64,000 nt of DNA from NCBI RefSeq assembly GCF_006345805.1, contig NW_021832124.1:62001-126000 (forward strand), given 5' to 3'. This document shows, in pieces, positions 41,368 to 53,399 of the stretch (position 1 is the first letter of the stretch; every line of letters begins with the position of its first letter). A program made the translations under genes and the position numbers. Below the pieces are notes generated by a model. The model did no database searches. It was not told where the DNA came from and saw only the letters and a list, made by a program, of their open reading frames with translations. This stretch comes from Octopus sinensis (Eukaryota).

Positions 41368-41641
41368 ATACTATTGTTATGTAGGTAACCAGTTAAAAAT
41401 GCTTAATTAATTAAAATATAAATTATTAAAATAATAAAACAAAAAAATTAGGTGATAATTAAAGAATTATTAATTCGTTCGTTCTGTCTTCCATTGCCAA
41501 CTTTTAAATGTAGTTCCACAAATCATTATTTAATAAAAAAATTAATTATATTTAAAATTCAAATAAATTTACGTGCAATGTGAGTCATTTTTTATAACAA
41601 ATTTTAAACATTGATTTAATAAATAAATTTAAAGTGATTTT

Positions 41642-43546
41642 ATGAAAAATGCATACTCCTTCGCTCTCCGACCTGATTCGGTTTATATTCCCCAATCTGA
41701 CCCCCAGGATACCATCGAACGCCTAAAACTACTCCCCGACTTCCCACTAGACACCAACCTCAAAATAGCCGACGTCCTCCAGGAAGAATTCCTCAACCAA
41801 ATGATCGAACAAAATAACCAATTCCTCCAAAATTACTCCACAGTAGTCCAAGTAAACCACAAATAACACCAAAGAATGTAAACTACTGCTATTCTGTCAT
41901 CTCCCACATGACAGAGCAGTGCAGTCACGTGCAATCACACATCCAAGTCTGCAAAGACAGCACCCACGAAATGATCAGCAAAGATAAATATCTTCACAAC
42001 AGAAGGTGTGTTTTCTAGTTATTTCAGATCATCAATTCTAACACAATCCGCCGACATTGCTCAGGCACTCACTCTGTATTTGTTGTCCGCGGAAGAAGAG
42101 GCTCATATTTATTCCACCAGTCTGGAAAGTCACGTTTTTTCCGTGGTTGAGAAATTGGAGACTATTCTTGGGAAGGTTACGGAATTGGACTCCTCTTCTT
42201 TAAAAACAGAATTGGAGGACCTGGCCAAGTCCCAACTGAAGACTGTGTGTGGAGGAATCAACCAAGGAGTGGAAGGTTTGGAGGATTTGATCACACAGAT
42301 GTTCTACGACTCCCCCAACTGAGTGAAGAGACTGGCCTGAGGACTGCTTTGAATATTCTGAGACGAAATGGAGAGGAAAGGAATTGTGAGAAAATAGTCC
42401 AAATAAGAAGAGAACAAGTTCTGGCAGACTTTGTGAGGACATCCGAGAGGGGAATCGAGGACCTTCTCCACTGGGTGGTGACTATGGTGAAGAACGAGGT
42501 CTCCTTGGCTGGAATATATGCCAAATGTTGTCCGGATGTGCTCAATCGAGTGGTGGAGAGTGTAGTCCAGCCAGTCAAGGTGGCTGAGTTGGATATTTGT
42601 AGGATAAAGTCGAACAAGTCATTTTTTCGGCTGATATGACTCGATTGAGGGGAATGTACTCTCGTTTGAAGGATGTGGTGACTCAAATTGACGTTGATTT
42701 GTCCGCGGAGAACGGTCGGGTTTTTATATTCGTCCTCGTTTTCCGTGAATTGGTGGAAACAACGAGAAACGTAGTCTACAATTGTCTGATTCACAAATGC
42801 AACATGTTTATGACCTCCGTGTAGTTAAATTGGTCATATTCAGTCCACGGGAACCAGTTCTTCCTCCAGAACTTGAAAATATTGTCGCGGTTTTCCGTGA
42901 AATTACCGACGGGGAGGTTTGTGGTGGTGGGGAGTCTCCAATGTCGCGGAAATTGTTGGAGACTGCCCTCAATGTGTGTTCCGTGATCAGTTCTCGACAG
43001 AATGAAGTGGTGAGTGCTGTTTATTCCGTTAATTTCCACTCCGCGATATTACCAGTGTCGCGGAATTGTCCTTCCATGACGGAGAAAATGTCAGAATTGG
43101 TATAATTGGTTGGTTAACCCTCTGATTGCACGTGGGGTGGATAAATTGGCTGCCATTCAGGCAGTTCTGGTCTTGGATTCGTCTAAACTGAACATTTTGC
43201 GGAGAATTATGCAGGGAGAGAGTTCGGATTGGTCAGAGAATGTTATTTCTGACTGTTATGTATTGTCTTCTGTTGATTTGGGTAGAAAAACATGCAAAAT
43301 ATACTCAAAAAATACTCCAATTTTACTCATCCTGAGTTTTGCTTGATAAATGACAGAGGAATATGGTTGGGTAGAAGACATGCAGTTTGTAGGTTAAAAT
43401 GTATGAGACTATCGTTGGAGATTGTTTGGGGAGTGTATGACGAGGTTTATCGCGGTCTTTCTTCCGTTGAACATTCTACCGCGGAATTTCTTCCCCTCAC
43501 TCTCACAGAAATGGAGAAAATGGCTGGCTATTTTGTTGATGTTTAA
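41642..43546 (+). CDS. COG6: Conserved oligomeric Golgi complex subunit 6-like, multi-exon
   Basis: IVQIRREQVLADF..IEDLLHWV..VESVVQPVK|DKVEQVI (cf. TARRSTVVRGF..VGDMLAWL..TEGVCRPLKVRIEQVI); introns of 22-27 nt. Confidence 0.7.
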
Positions 43547-44354
43547 TAAAATTATGTTTTCTTGACTAAGTATAGTTTTCAATATTTTAGTTTTGTTAGT
43601 TTTATTATTTTAATAAATATAATAGGATAAAAATTCAGATCGTTGTTGTGTGGATTATGTCTTCTAGTACTCAGAGATGTAGTTTTGTGTGTAGTAATCA
43701 TAGTTGTGCAGTTTATTAAGAATGGTCTGTATGACTACCCTGTACTAGGACTGACTGCTTTTCTAACATTAAGTGGTAGTTATGCTTGTTAGGACAACAT
43801 TTGTAGGCCTTACTGGACTGCTGGCTGACCAATATAGATTGAACAGTCGTCCAGGCAGGAAAGGTCGTTACAGCAATCGCTACAGAGGTCTTTGATCATA
43901 TTCATTCTTCAGTCATCAGAGAGGAGGATCTACCTCCAAACTACGACCCACATGACTATAACTAACATTTAATTTATATAAATAAAATCACGTTCAACAC
44001 TCGTATGACAATTTTGTTTTTGAGGTTAGTCAGGTAATGTGGCATGCCGAGTCAATAAAATTGTCATATTATTCGAAAGGGGTTTAAAGAAGAGTGTTCT
44101 TTTGGACTTTTGATTTAAATATTGGTGTTCAATTTATAAAAATATTTTTTTAGAAAAGATCCAAATAAAAGCTATTAGTAAAAATAGTAAATAGAAAGTG
44201 GCTGGCTAGCTGATGGTTTGAGACGCTGTGAATTGAGTTTGCGATGTTTCGGACTGACGGCAGGCTGGCCCTGCCCGTAGGGTTTTATACCCGCTTCAAA
44301 TAAGGAAAATGGGGAGGGCGGATTTTTTTAATAAACTATTCAAATTAAACTCGC

Positions 44355-44690
44355 TTATCTGGGACGCAACTTGCATGCACACATTCTCCGCGGGAAACAT
44401 CTTTACGTCAGCCGCAAAGTCAATAAATATCATTATATCTTTGTCCCGATCGGAGTGAGACGTCGTGACTCCTCGGTCCCAGAACTAAAAAATTCCTTAT
44501 TAAATTTGGGAACCTGGCAAGCAGAAGGAGAAACGATCATCGAGAACGGACATGACTTTTCCACGCATATCAATAGCCATCTTGCGTGGGAATTCCGATT
44601 AAATTCCTTACGAAAACTGTTCCCCGTCCGTTCCGAGCTTGCGTTGGGTCCAAAGTCCAACATCGTGAAAAGCTGAGAAAAATTTTGAGG
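44355..44690 (+). mobile_element. Degenerate CRE-like 3' fragment
   Basis: WDA.CTH, YIFVPIG.ETS, KKFLIKFG..DHRER, with frameshifts. Confidence 0.6.
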
Positions 44691-44880
44691 ATTGTTGGAA
44701 TCGCCTAATTAATTACTCTAATTAACTGTTGGTGATTCTTGGGTTAAATCAAAAAAATTGCCACTCTGCTGCTAATTAAATATTTATCAACACTTTTTGA
44801 TTAACCAACATTAAGTAACACCCTAGCAGTAAATTAAATAACTTGTATGTCTGAATAAAAATAAGACGCAAAGTAAAAAA

Positions 44881-45991
44881 TCATTTGATAGACTTATCGA
44901 GAGCATCACTGCAGAACGAATCACCCGCCCATGATTTTTTTTTGGAGTAAGGCCCACGTCTTTTAGGAATCGGAACATCAGTCTCCCCCGGAATAAGAAA
45001 AGGCCTCGGCGGATTCCCCGAAATAGAACAAGTCATCTTTCTCCGTTTACACAAAACCTGTCTTTTAGGCGAAGGCGTGCATTTCGACAAAGCCACTCGC
45101 CTAGGAGTCACCGGCGACGACCTCGGAGACGAAAATGGAGGCTCACTAACAACATCCTCCACGGAATCTACCCCTAACCACACCACACTACCCTTGTCCC
45201 TTATTCCAAGAATATCGTTGAGGATCCTCTCGTTCCCAATAGCATCCATTATATCCTGCATGCAGTAGTCCGGACGAAAACTCTCATCCACCACCGTGGT
45301 AAAACGGGAATTCGACAACTCCTCTCCGCGGACCACCGATTTCCGAGGTCGTAGATTCCTGTCACTCACTTATATGTAAAATCACTTTCTTCTAGACTCA
45401 ACAACCTTCGGCTGTACATCAAATGTGTCCGTGTCGACGAAAAACGGAGAAGACTGATTTAAACTGACTTTTTCCCGTTGTTTAAAAATCCTTCCGTCAA
45501 TTCCAAACCCAAACCCGAATGGAGTCGGACTGACAGGCTTTTCTGGTTTATCTTCAGTCTTCTTTATAGGAATATCAGTTTGTATTTTTCTCGAAATGAC
45601 TTCCATTCCATCTGTCTGTACTTCCCGTGAAAAAACACGAAGATTCTCGCCATTTTGTGTTTCTCGGGATATTTTCTGTGGCTGAGAAATATTGCTGTCG
45701 TCTGTGTTTAGTCGGGCTGGGTTTATGTGGAGTATTACTTATATGATGTTGGCAATATGTGTCCATCACTTGACGTAGTGTTAGTCCCAGCATTTGTGAG
45801 CCTGATTGTCTTCGGGAACTTCCATAAAGACGGTATTCTGAGAGGGAGGCTGATTCGTGTAGGAGAGAATCTGCGGTCTCCAACAGGCCGTGGTCGTAGA
45901 GGTAGCCTGGTGGTGACATTTGGGGGATACCCAGGATTAGTCGGGCTTCTTCTGAGGGTAAGAAGTGGATTTGGGATTCGTCGTTGGACAT
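44881..45991 (-). CDS. NPAT: NPAT/Mxc-like protein (N-terminal LisH), 4 exons, about 345 aa
   Basis: After removing a 24-nt intron: LPSEEARLILGYLYDHGLLETADSLLHESASLSEY (cf. NPAT LPSDVARLVLGYLQQENLISTCQTFILESSDLKEY). Introns of 22 and 27 nt join the remaining ORFs; S/T-P clusters. Confidence 0.65.
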
Positions 45992-46156
45992 TATTTATAT
46001 TCGCCCACAAGAAAGTAAGAATTCGTTGGGTAAATTTATATAAAATTGACTTAATTTATTTATAATTTAATTGATGTAAATTTAATTAAAAATAATTGAA
46101 TAAATATGATTTATAAAAGCGGGAAATATATATTGTTATAGTGTGGACACAATAAA

Positions 46157-46831
46157 ATGATTTCAAACAAGCAAAAATACTGTTTTTCATCTCCAAAGAA
46201 GGAGATACCAGCAAATCCCCAGCCTTCCGTGGACATCTTCCACCCATCAACAGTCCCACCCAACAATTCTTCCTTCAAAGTGAAACGAAGCCCTTATCCT
46301 CCCAGATTTATAAATTAGAACAAATTTTGAATCAAAGGAAAATAGAATTGGCCAATCTGATATCCTCCAATAACATTTTAGAAGAAGAACTAAACATTCT
46401 AGCCAGATCACATCATATTCTCGACCAAAGTGAATCACATCCATCCCATTTTAGAGTTAGAACGACTAACCAAGCAAAAAATAGACACAAAAATCAATTT
46501 AGAGAACGAAAAAGCAAATTTCAATTTAATAAAACAGTCTATTTAATCATAAACTCTCAGACAAGCCAATTATACCCCACAAAACACAGAAAAACTCAAA
46601 AAACAAGCCAAAATAAGTCAAAAAAATGACCAAAACAAGCTGAGGATAGCAGTCCAAGAATCTGAGAGAGAACTACAGCAATCCAGACAGAGAGTAATGC
46701 CTCTAATCTCACTGGCAGTTGAGGATAGCCAGAGAAATGTTAAGAAAAGAACAAATTGGGTTGGAAATTGATAAGGTTTTTTTATTTCTATTTTTTGGCA
46801 GTGTGCTGTTGTTTCAGTTATGTTTAAATAA
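46157..46831 (+). CDS. Hypothetical coiled-coil protein, 6 exons
   Basis: Frame stays open across five GT-AG introns of 24-26 nt; heptad-rich sequence (LNQRKIELANL.., LQQSRQRLRIAREML). Confidence 0.6.
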
Positions 46832-46927
46832 TGTTTAAAAATATAAAAGTTGTTATAAAAATATTTATTTTATTAATAAAAATTATTTTTATTAATAATT
46901 CAAATAACAGAACGTGGTGGTGTCATA

Positions 46928-47997
46928 ATGACAATAATAAACATTTCCTCCGAGTCTGAATTGGATAAAATAATAAACGACAACTGCATGTATTCCACCA
47001 ATCAACCTCAATCCCAGTCATTTAACCCTCCTCTATTTCTCCTCCCCAATAACTCCACAATGCCAGCAAATGCGAGAAATTCTCGTAGAACTCAGTTCAG
47101 ACCCTGTTATGTACAACCGGGCAATTGTGGAGATCCCCTCAGAAAAACTGCTTTCTCTGTCCCTTAAATACAAAATCCGAGTGGTCCCCACTATTATTTT
47201 CACCACGGTGATTTTCCGTGATTATTCCGTAGAGCGGAGTGGTTATTCACCGCATTGAGGGCTTCGAGACGTTCAAATTGGCACAGAAATTGGCAGATTT
47301 GACTAGTGTTGCTGATATTGACCTACATGTGGAAAAATCCGTAAAAAACGTACTCAATCAAACGGAAATTGTCATCGTCCTTGATTCCGGTGAAATGGAA
47401 GGTAAATTTCTCCGTGAATTCGCCATAGAAGTCCTTCGCGGAGAACTATCCCGACTAGAATTGCCGTGTTCCCAGTCGATAGTGGAATTGACCCCATTTC
47501 AGATCGCCTGTACTAAATTCCGTGATTTTGCCAGTATTTCAGACCAAAGGCCACCTCAGGGGGACATTTCCGCAAATATTCCGCGGAGGAGTCCGTCTTT
47601 GTTCTTTGGAAGGTGAAGGACTGAGAGATCAGCTGAGAAAGGCGTTGGTCCTCAGTATTGACGAACGTCTGGAGTTGTTGGTTGGAAGGGCAAAGGTCAT
47701 GCTCTTCATGAAGGGGACCCCGGATGTTCCGCGGTGTGGGTTTTCGCGGAAAACCGTGGAGTTGTTGAGATCACGGAAGTTAGATGTGTGTTGTATTGGA
47801 GGATTGATTTTGATTATTTTGATATTTTGAGTGATGAGGAAGTGAGACAGGAGTTGAAGAGATACTCCAATTGGATGACCTACCCACAGTTGTATGTGCA
47901 GTCTAAACTGGTGGGAGGACTTGACGTTATTCAGGTTGTTGGTTTTGTCCGTTATTTTTAGGAGTTGATTGACAACGACGAGTTTTTGGTTGATTGA
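46928..47997 (+). CDS. GLRX3: Glutaredoxin-3 (Trx plus two Grx domains, first degenerate)
   Basis: Trx-like PQCQQM..VPTI..RIEG; Grx [50 protein letters not shown]. Confidence 0.9.
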
Positions 47998-48796
47998 TTT
48001 GCTTTTTTTGTTTCTTTTCCCTGAGAGGGCCTGTTTTAAGACACACTGGTCTTTAAGGGCAGGCACATTTCTTTTTTCTTTTTAGGGTCTTTTTATAAGA
48101 TGTTATAAAAGTGTTTATTTATTGGCTAAAAAGTACTTAAAAGAACGTATTGTTACTTAAACGAAGGACCCGTCGTGTTCCGTTAATGAAGAAAATACAC
48201 ATTTCTGGATAAACTAGATGTGTTATTTAAATAAAGAAAATGAATCTATAAAAAATATTTTATGGTTGGAATAGAAGAGATCCGATATATTGAAGATTAA
48301 TTAGCAATGATAGTCTATTAGATGAATCGGGACCAGAAGTTTAGTCCGGTTTCAAAGGAATTCCTGTATAGCGAATAGTCGATTTAAAGGGATTTGACTG
48401 TATGTGGTAAAAACCACAGATATGTTTTACATTTGAATTAAAGACTACTTTAAAACATTCTCAATTTTGACCTACGTGTGATCATCCCACTATGTATGTC
48501 GATCATAATAGAAATAGTCCGGGAATTCTTCTAATATACATTTTTATTACTAATTCAAATCTCATCAATGTTTTTAATAAGACTTTCAAATTTAGTCCAG
48601 CAGTCGTCTCCGGGAGGGAATTTGCGAAAATGTCGGGGTATTTAAGATCCCATACAAAAGACCTGCCTCCATGGAAAAAAATGTAGTCATTCCATCTTGG
48701 TGTTGATGGAAAACAGAGAGACCTTTAAGAGACATCGTTAAAGGACAAGTGTCGAGGCATTCTGTCGTTGTTCACCGAATAGAAAATTAATTCGGA

Positions 48797-49283
48797 ATGT
48801 CAGATAGATCGGAAAAATCAGGATTAACTCGCGAATCTTTTGAGAAAGTAAATCCATGAAACAAAAATTCAGGAAAAACAAAAATTCAACTGTAAAAAAG
48901 CCCACGAACTCCTCGAATGGATCAAGAATTTAATAGACGGTCAATTCTCTACTTGGAAAAAGTCCATTTAATCTGACAACTGGCGAACAATTTCAAATTG
49001 TAGATGTCTTCGAGCAACAAGGACTTTGAAGTGTTTTGAATACCATAAAAACCATTGGGAGAAAAGTCAGTCCAAATAAATTATGTTTCAGGCTCATGCA
49101 GTCAATAAAGGATTTGGTCCCAAAGAATCGCGCAAAAATACTCGAAATTTCACAGAGCAGCAGCTGAAGGAGGCCGAAAATACCCCTGGCTTGATGAGTG
49201 GTCATTATAATACTCCCTGCACACCTCAAACCCATAAAAGACGTGATATTGGAACATATACCCAAAAACCAGGAAATAATTGA
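48797..49283 (+). pseudogene. Myophilin/transgelin copy with most of the CH domain deleted and an internal TGA
   Basis: MSDRSEKSGL..LLEWIK, FQIVDVFE, LGRK-like IGRK, GPKESRKNTRNFTEQQL; two micro-introns retained. Confidence 0.7.
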
Positions 49284-49363
49284 CATTAATTTGATTTTAA
49301 CTAATTGAAGTGGATTTATTTAATAATTGAATCCCGTATAATCATCATCAATGTGGCTGAAGA

Positions 49364-49660
49364 ATGAAAATAACTCTCCTTGAAAAGAAGGGCTATTCTA
49401 TATTTGCAGGATATAAATTTTTTAATGGTCAACGAAAAAAGTGTAACCACTGTAAAAATAAGGGGATGACCGTTGACTATTTAGCGACTAAGTGCAAAAA
49501 TATGATGTACCATGATTACACATGGAGACACAGGTGCCACCATTTTCTGCTCTGCAATAAATATGCTTTGAGGCGGTCCAGAAAGTTGCGAACTTGTCGA
49601 GTTCAATCTGTGTGTGAGAACTCGAATGTGTGGATTAAGGTAGATAATGAGTTTTTGAAG
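49364..49660 (+). mobile_element. R4/NeSL-like C-terminal zinc knuckle fragment
   Basis: CNHC..TVDYLATKC..YTWRH..LCNKY..SVCENSNVWI. Confidence 0.6.
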
Positions 49661-50076
49661 CTCTTCAGGGGCATATTTTATGAGCTCTGCATTAACATTA
49701 TCTGGATCTGGAGCTTTTGACTTGTTTAGTCTGGTCACAGATTTTTTAACTTCCGTTAAAGTAATTTCTTGTGATAACTTTCTGGGCGCTCCATTGAAAA
49801 GATAAAGCGTTTCTTCGTTTTCAAAATTAAAATATTTTTCAAAGTGGTCGGCTATAGTGTCTGTGCGTTCCTGGTTGTTGTAAATGGTTCTTTCGAGTTC
49901 ATCATCAACTGTTAGGTTTTCAGATTTCTTCTATCGCGCTAGCATCTTTACAGATGCATACATTTGCGCTTTGTGTTTGTACTTTCTCAATTCATTTACA
50001 AGGTTTTGTAACTCTGTTTCCTAATTTTTCGGTTTTCGGTAAGCATTAAGTGCCTCCTGAACGTTTCCATATCCGA
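49650..50076 (-). mobile_element. RTE-like LINE fragment
   Basis: ITLTEVKKSVTRLNKSKAPDPDNVNAELIKY; upstream 40-nt segment shared with the SINE at 52055-52093. Confidence 0.7.
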
Positions 50077-50727
50077 TTCTTAGTTTGAGTTTCTGTTTTT
50101 CGAATTTTATATCCGATGTTTCTACATCAACCCATTCAATATCATTTTTTTGTATCCAAAGAAAGCATTCTCCTCCGCTATAATTTTTTTCCCACAATTC
50201 CAAATACAACACACAGGGGTAATAAAAAGCATTAAAATTTCTTTTCAACAATTCGCGTTGAAATTTATTTTTTCATATTATTGAGTTTTGTTTTTGCTTT
50301 TAATGGAATGAAAAACTATCTTATTGTTACTGAATATAGTAAGCTGACCTTGAACGAACAAACGAACAATTTTTATAATTCTATAGTTGATCACAATCCT
50401 ACATAATTCACACAAATGACACGTCCACTTACCTAACGCGGAGAATAATTTATTATAATTATCAATCCACATTAGACTTAATTAATTTGTGATATTTATT
50501 CATTTAAAAAAGGGAGATTGTTCCCAATCCATTTAATTCCCTATCAGGGTCAGTCACCATACCTCCCTTAGTTGTCTTTATAGCATGGTCAGTAGCAGAT
50601 GGTAGTACAGAGCAGGGGTCGGCAAATACTTTTGGAGAAGAGCCAATTTTGAACATTTTTGGAAATTTCGAAAAATTGAAGAGCCACTTTTTACCACTTG
50701 TCAAAAATTTAAATTCATAAAATTAAA

Positions 50728-52337
50728 TGTCACCGTCCAGACCGGCCGGGGCGCCAGATCGGTCAGGTCAATTATCTAAATACAAAACAAATATTTTTCC
50801 TACAAAACATTTCATTGCAAAAAAATATTGATAATAAAAAAATAAAATCTTATTAATAAAAAAGTTCTAAAAAGTTGAAAAGATTATCATTAATCAATGG
50901 TTTTAGTTGAATTAACTCGAGACACCCTCGAAAAAATTAGGGAGTATTTGGAATCAGGTCACCTTGATGATTCCTTGAGTTCGGAAGAAAGGGCACGAAT
51001 ACGGAGATATGCCAAAAAATTTAGTTTCAAGGAGAACAACACCTACATTTCTAAAAATGGCTCAAAATTGCGTTTTTTTGTATTGAAGACACTGAACTTA
51101 AGTTAAAATTTATTGAAGTAGTGTATTTGTTTATTTAAATTAGGCTCCACGAGTGCATCAAATGGAAATTTTGGATGCTATGCGTGAAGAAAATAGCAAT
51201 GACGAAGTTGAAAATGGCGATGAAATTTTAATACGCCATGATGGGATGCAAACCCGGGTTATAGAAAATACCCATTATACGACGAGATATCTGCCACAAA
51301 AAATATATTGTGAAAAATAGGGATCGAGAACTCGTAACGATAATTAATGAAGAGGATGAAAAAGATCAAAGGATACATATTAACAGAGTAAAATAACTTT
51401 AACTGCAAATATTCATGGGATTCGTTCTGTTTTTTTTCTCGTGTCATATTTACTTAATTGTGAAATAATTGTGCCATTGTTACACAATTCGACGCGGCCG
51501 AAGGCCGCATAGGGAAAAATATTCACATTGAATCATCCGGCCGTAGGCCGGATTGTATTTTAGAGTTTTAATGATAAAATAGAAATTTACAACATTTGTA
51601 AAAATTAAAAATGGATTTTTCTAATAAACTTTATTGTTGAGAATTGTTTGGCTAACCTTGGTTAAAGCGTTTTTAAATAAAATGCAAAATCAATACGGTA
51701 ATTATCCGGAAATGACTGGATGTTGGTTTTTTATGAACTCAGTAACTTCAATATTTTGACAAAAATAATAAAATCAACAAAAGAATGAACAGAAAAAGAA
51801 AATAACTTCCGAAAGGTAGTTTTTATTAAAAATTTTATACATAACCGATCTGGCGCCCCGACCTATCTGGACGGTTATTATTATTATTATTATTTAAAGA
51901 CCAATACGGGCAAGCCAGTTAATTATAGTTAATCCCGTGATCGCCGATCCAAACGAGGGAGATCCTTCTGAAAGGTTCAAATCCTCCCGCAAGATCGGCC
52001 TGAGACGACGATGTCCCAGGGTCTGAGAAGCTAAGGTTGCCAAGGTTCCATATCCGGTAGGCATTAAGTGCCTCTGAGCGTTGCCATATCCGAAGGAATT
52101 TAACTGACATGACCCGTCGCTCGTAAGAGGCCACGCGTGCGAGTAACTGAAAGTGACCCCGTTAAGCCACGCTATGCCCGAAGTATAGGCACAGAGCAGT
52201 GCCGGCTGAAATCGGCCAGGGTTGTCACGGAGGGGACGATCGAAATTGCCCCAGGATGAAAAACGGCCTCCTTCGGAATCGAACTCACGACCGTCCAAAT
52301 CCATTATCCATAGCTTAGTCTTCAGCCAAGGGTGACA
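50728..52337 (+). mobile_element. Ginger2/TDD-like non-autonomous DNA transposon
   Basis: TGT..ACA ends; ~37-bp TIR tgtcaccgtccag..ggggcgccagatcggt; 5-bp TSD ttaaa; ORF EYLESG..EERARIRRYAKKF like the pre-integrase region. Confidence 0.75.
51876..52330 (-). mobile_element. tRNA-headed SINE with RTE-related segment and (TAA)n tail
   Basis: A-box-like tggctgaag, B-box gagttcgattcc, 3' (taa)n; splits the Ginger right TIR at ggt. Confidence 0.75.
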
Positions 52338-53399
52338 TTAAATAAACATTAATTTAAAAAATAATTAAGAATTCATTTTAAAAAATTAAATTAATTAACG
52401 CATTAATGAGAAATGTGATTCCTCATTTCTTTGGAGACTTCTTATGCAATTTTTTTAATTCATAATAAGAATCTGGAAGAGAATTCCAAGTTTCGAGAAT
52501 CACATCTTCAAGTTTCTTTTGTATAACATTAATATCATTTTTAATTTTACCAGACAATGTTTCTGTTTCAAGGTTTCAAGTAATTCTGAAAGACGAATAA
52601 ATTTTGATGCCCATAATTCCTTACATGTCAAGTCCAATAGCTGCATTTCGAACTCAGCTGCGTTGATTTCAAATGGCAATAAATTTAAATTGCTGACTTT
52701 AGCACGTAGAGGGTTATAACGAACCATAGTTTGCTTTTTCTTTCCTAAAATCCTTAAACCTTTTTATATTTAAACATTCATTTTTAACCTGTCATTGAAA
52801 GATTCCTTCATATACAAAAGAGCATTTTTAAAATAAGTTTTATTTATAGTTCGATCATTTTCTTTCAAATATTGGCGTAATTTAGGAAGATGTAAAATAT
52901 TTTGTTCTATATCCTCTTTAAACAGAATTAATTTTTTTCAAATAATATCACTTCCTCATACATGAAAAATGCAATATTTCCACTCCTTTGCAATTTTGAA
53001 TTAAGTTTGTTTAATTCTGATGTTATGTCAACCATAAAATAGAATTTCTGCAGCCATTGGTCATCACTTAATTCGTCATAATGAATTTTTTTCTCATAGT
53101 TAAAAATTGAAATCATTTATTAAAAAAATAGTTAAAAATTGAAAGAGCCTACCGTAAGAGTTAAAGAGCCTTCAAAGGCTCGCGAGCCTGCTTTTGCCGA
53201 CCCCTGGTACAGAGGACAGTATAATGCTTGGAGGAGTACAGAATGTTGTGATTTACAATTATTTTGCAAATAGTTCTTTTTAATGTTCTCTGTCTAGAAT
53301 TGCTATTTAGAGGCAACACATCTGCGATTTTAATGCCACTTGTTCTTTATTATACACCGTATCCCCAACCTCCATAAACATTCGGCCAACTGCTTTCCA

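Larger units (their letters stand above)
50613..53206 (-). mobile_element. Non-autonomous hAT (SPIN-like) element hosting nested insertions
   Basis: TIR caggggtcggcaaa / tttgccgacccctg; 8-bp TSD gtacagag (50605-50612, 53207-53214); FMVDIT.ELNKLN..LQ remnant. Confidence 0.9.

Noticed and set aside
44200-44320. tRNA or SINE-like head (ggctggctagctgatgg..)
   Set aside because: Only an A-box-like match; no clear B box or cloverleaf.
48990-49060. TGA readthrough or selenocysteine in myophilin
   Set aside because: The accompanying deletion and frameshift make pseudogenisation simpler; no SECIS seen.
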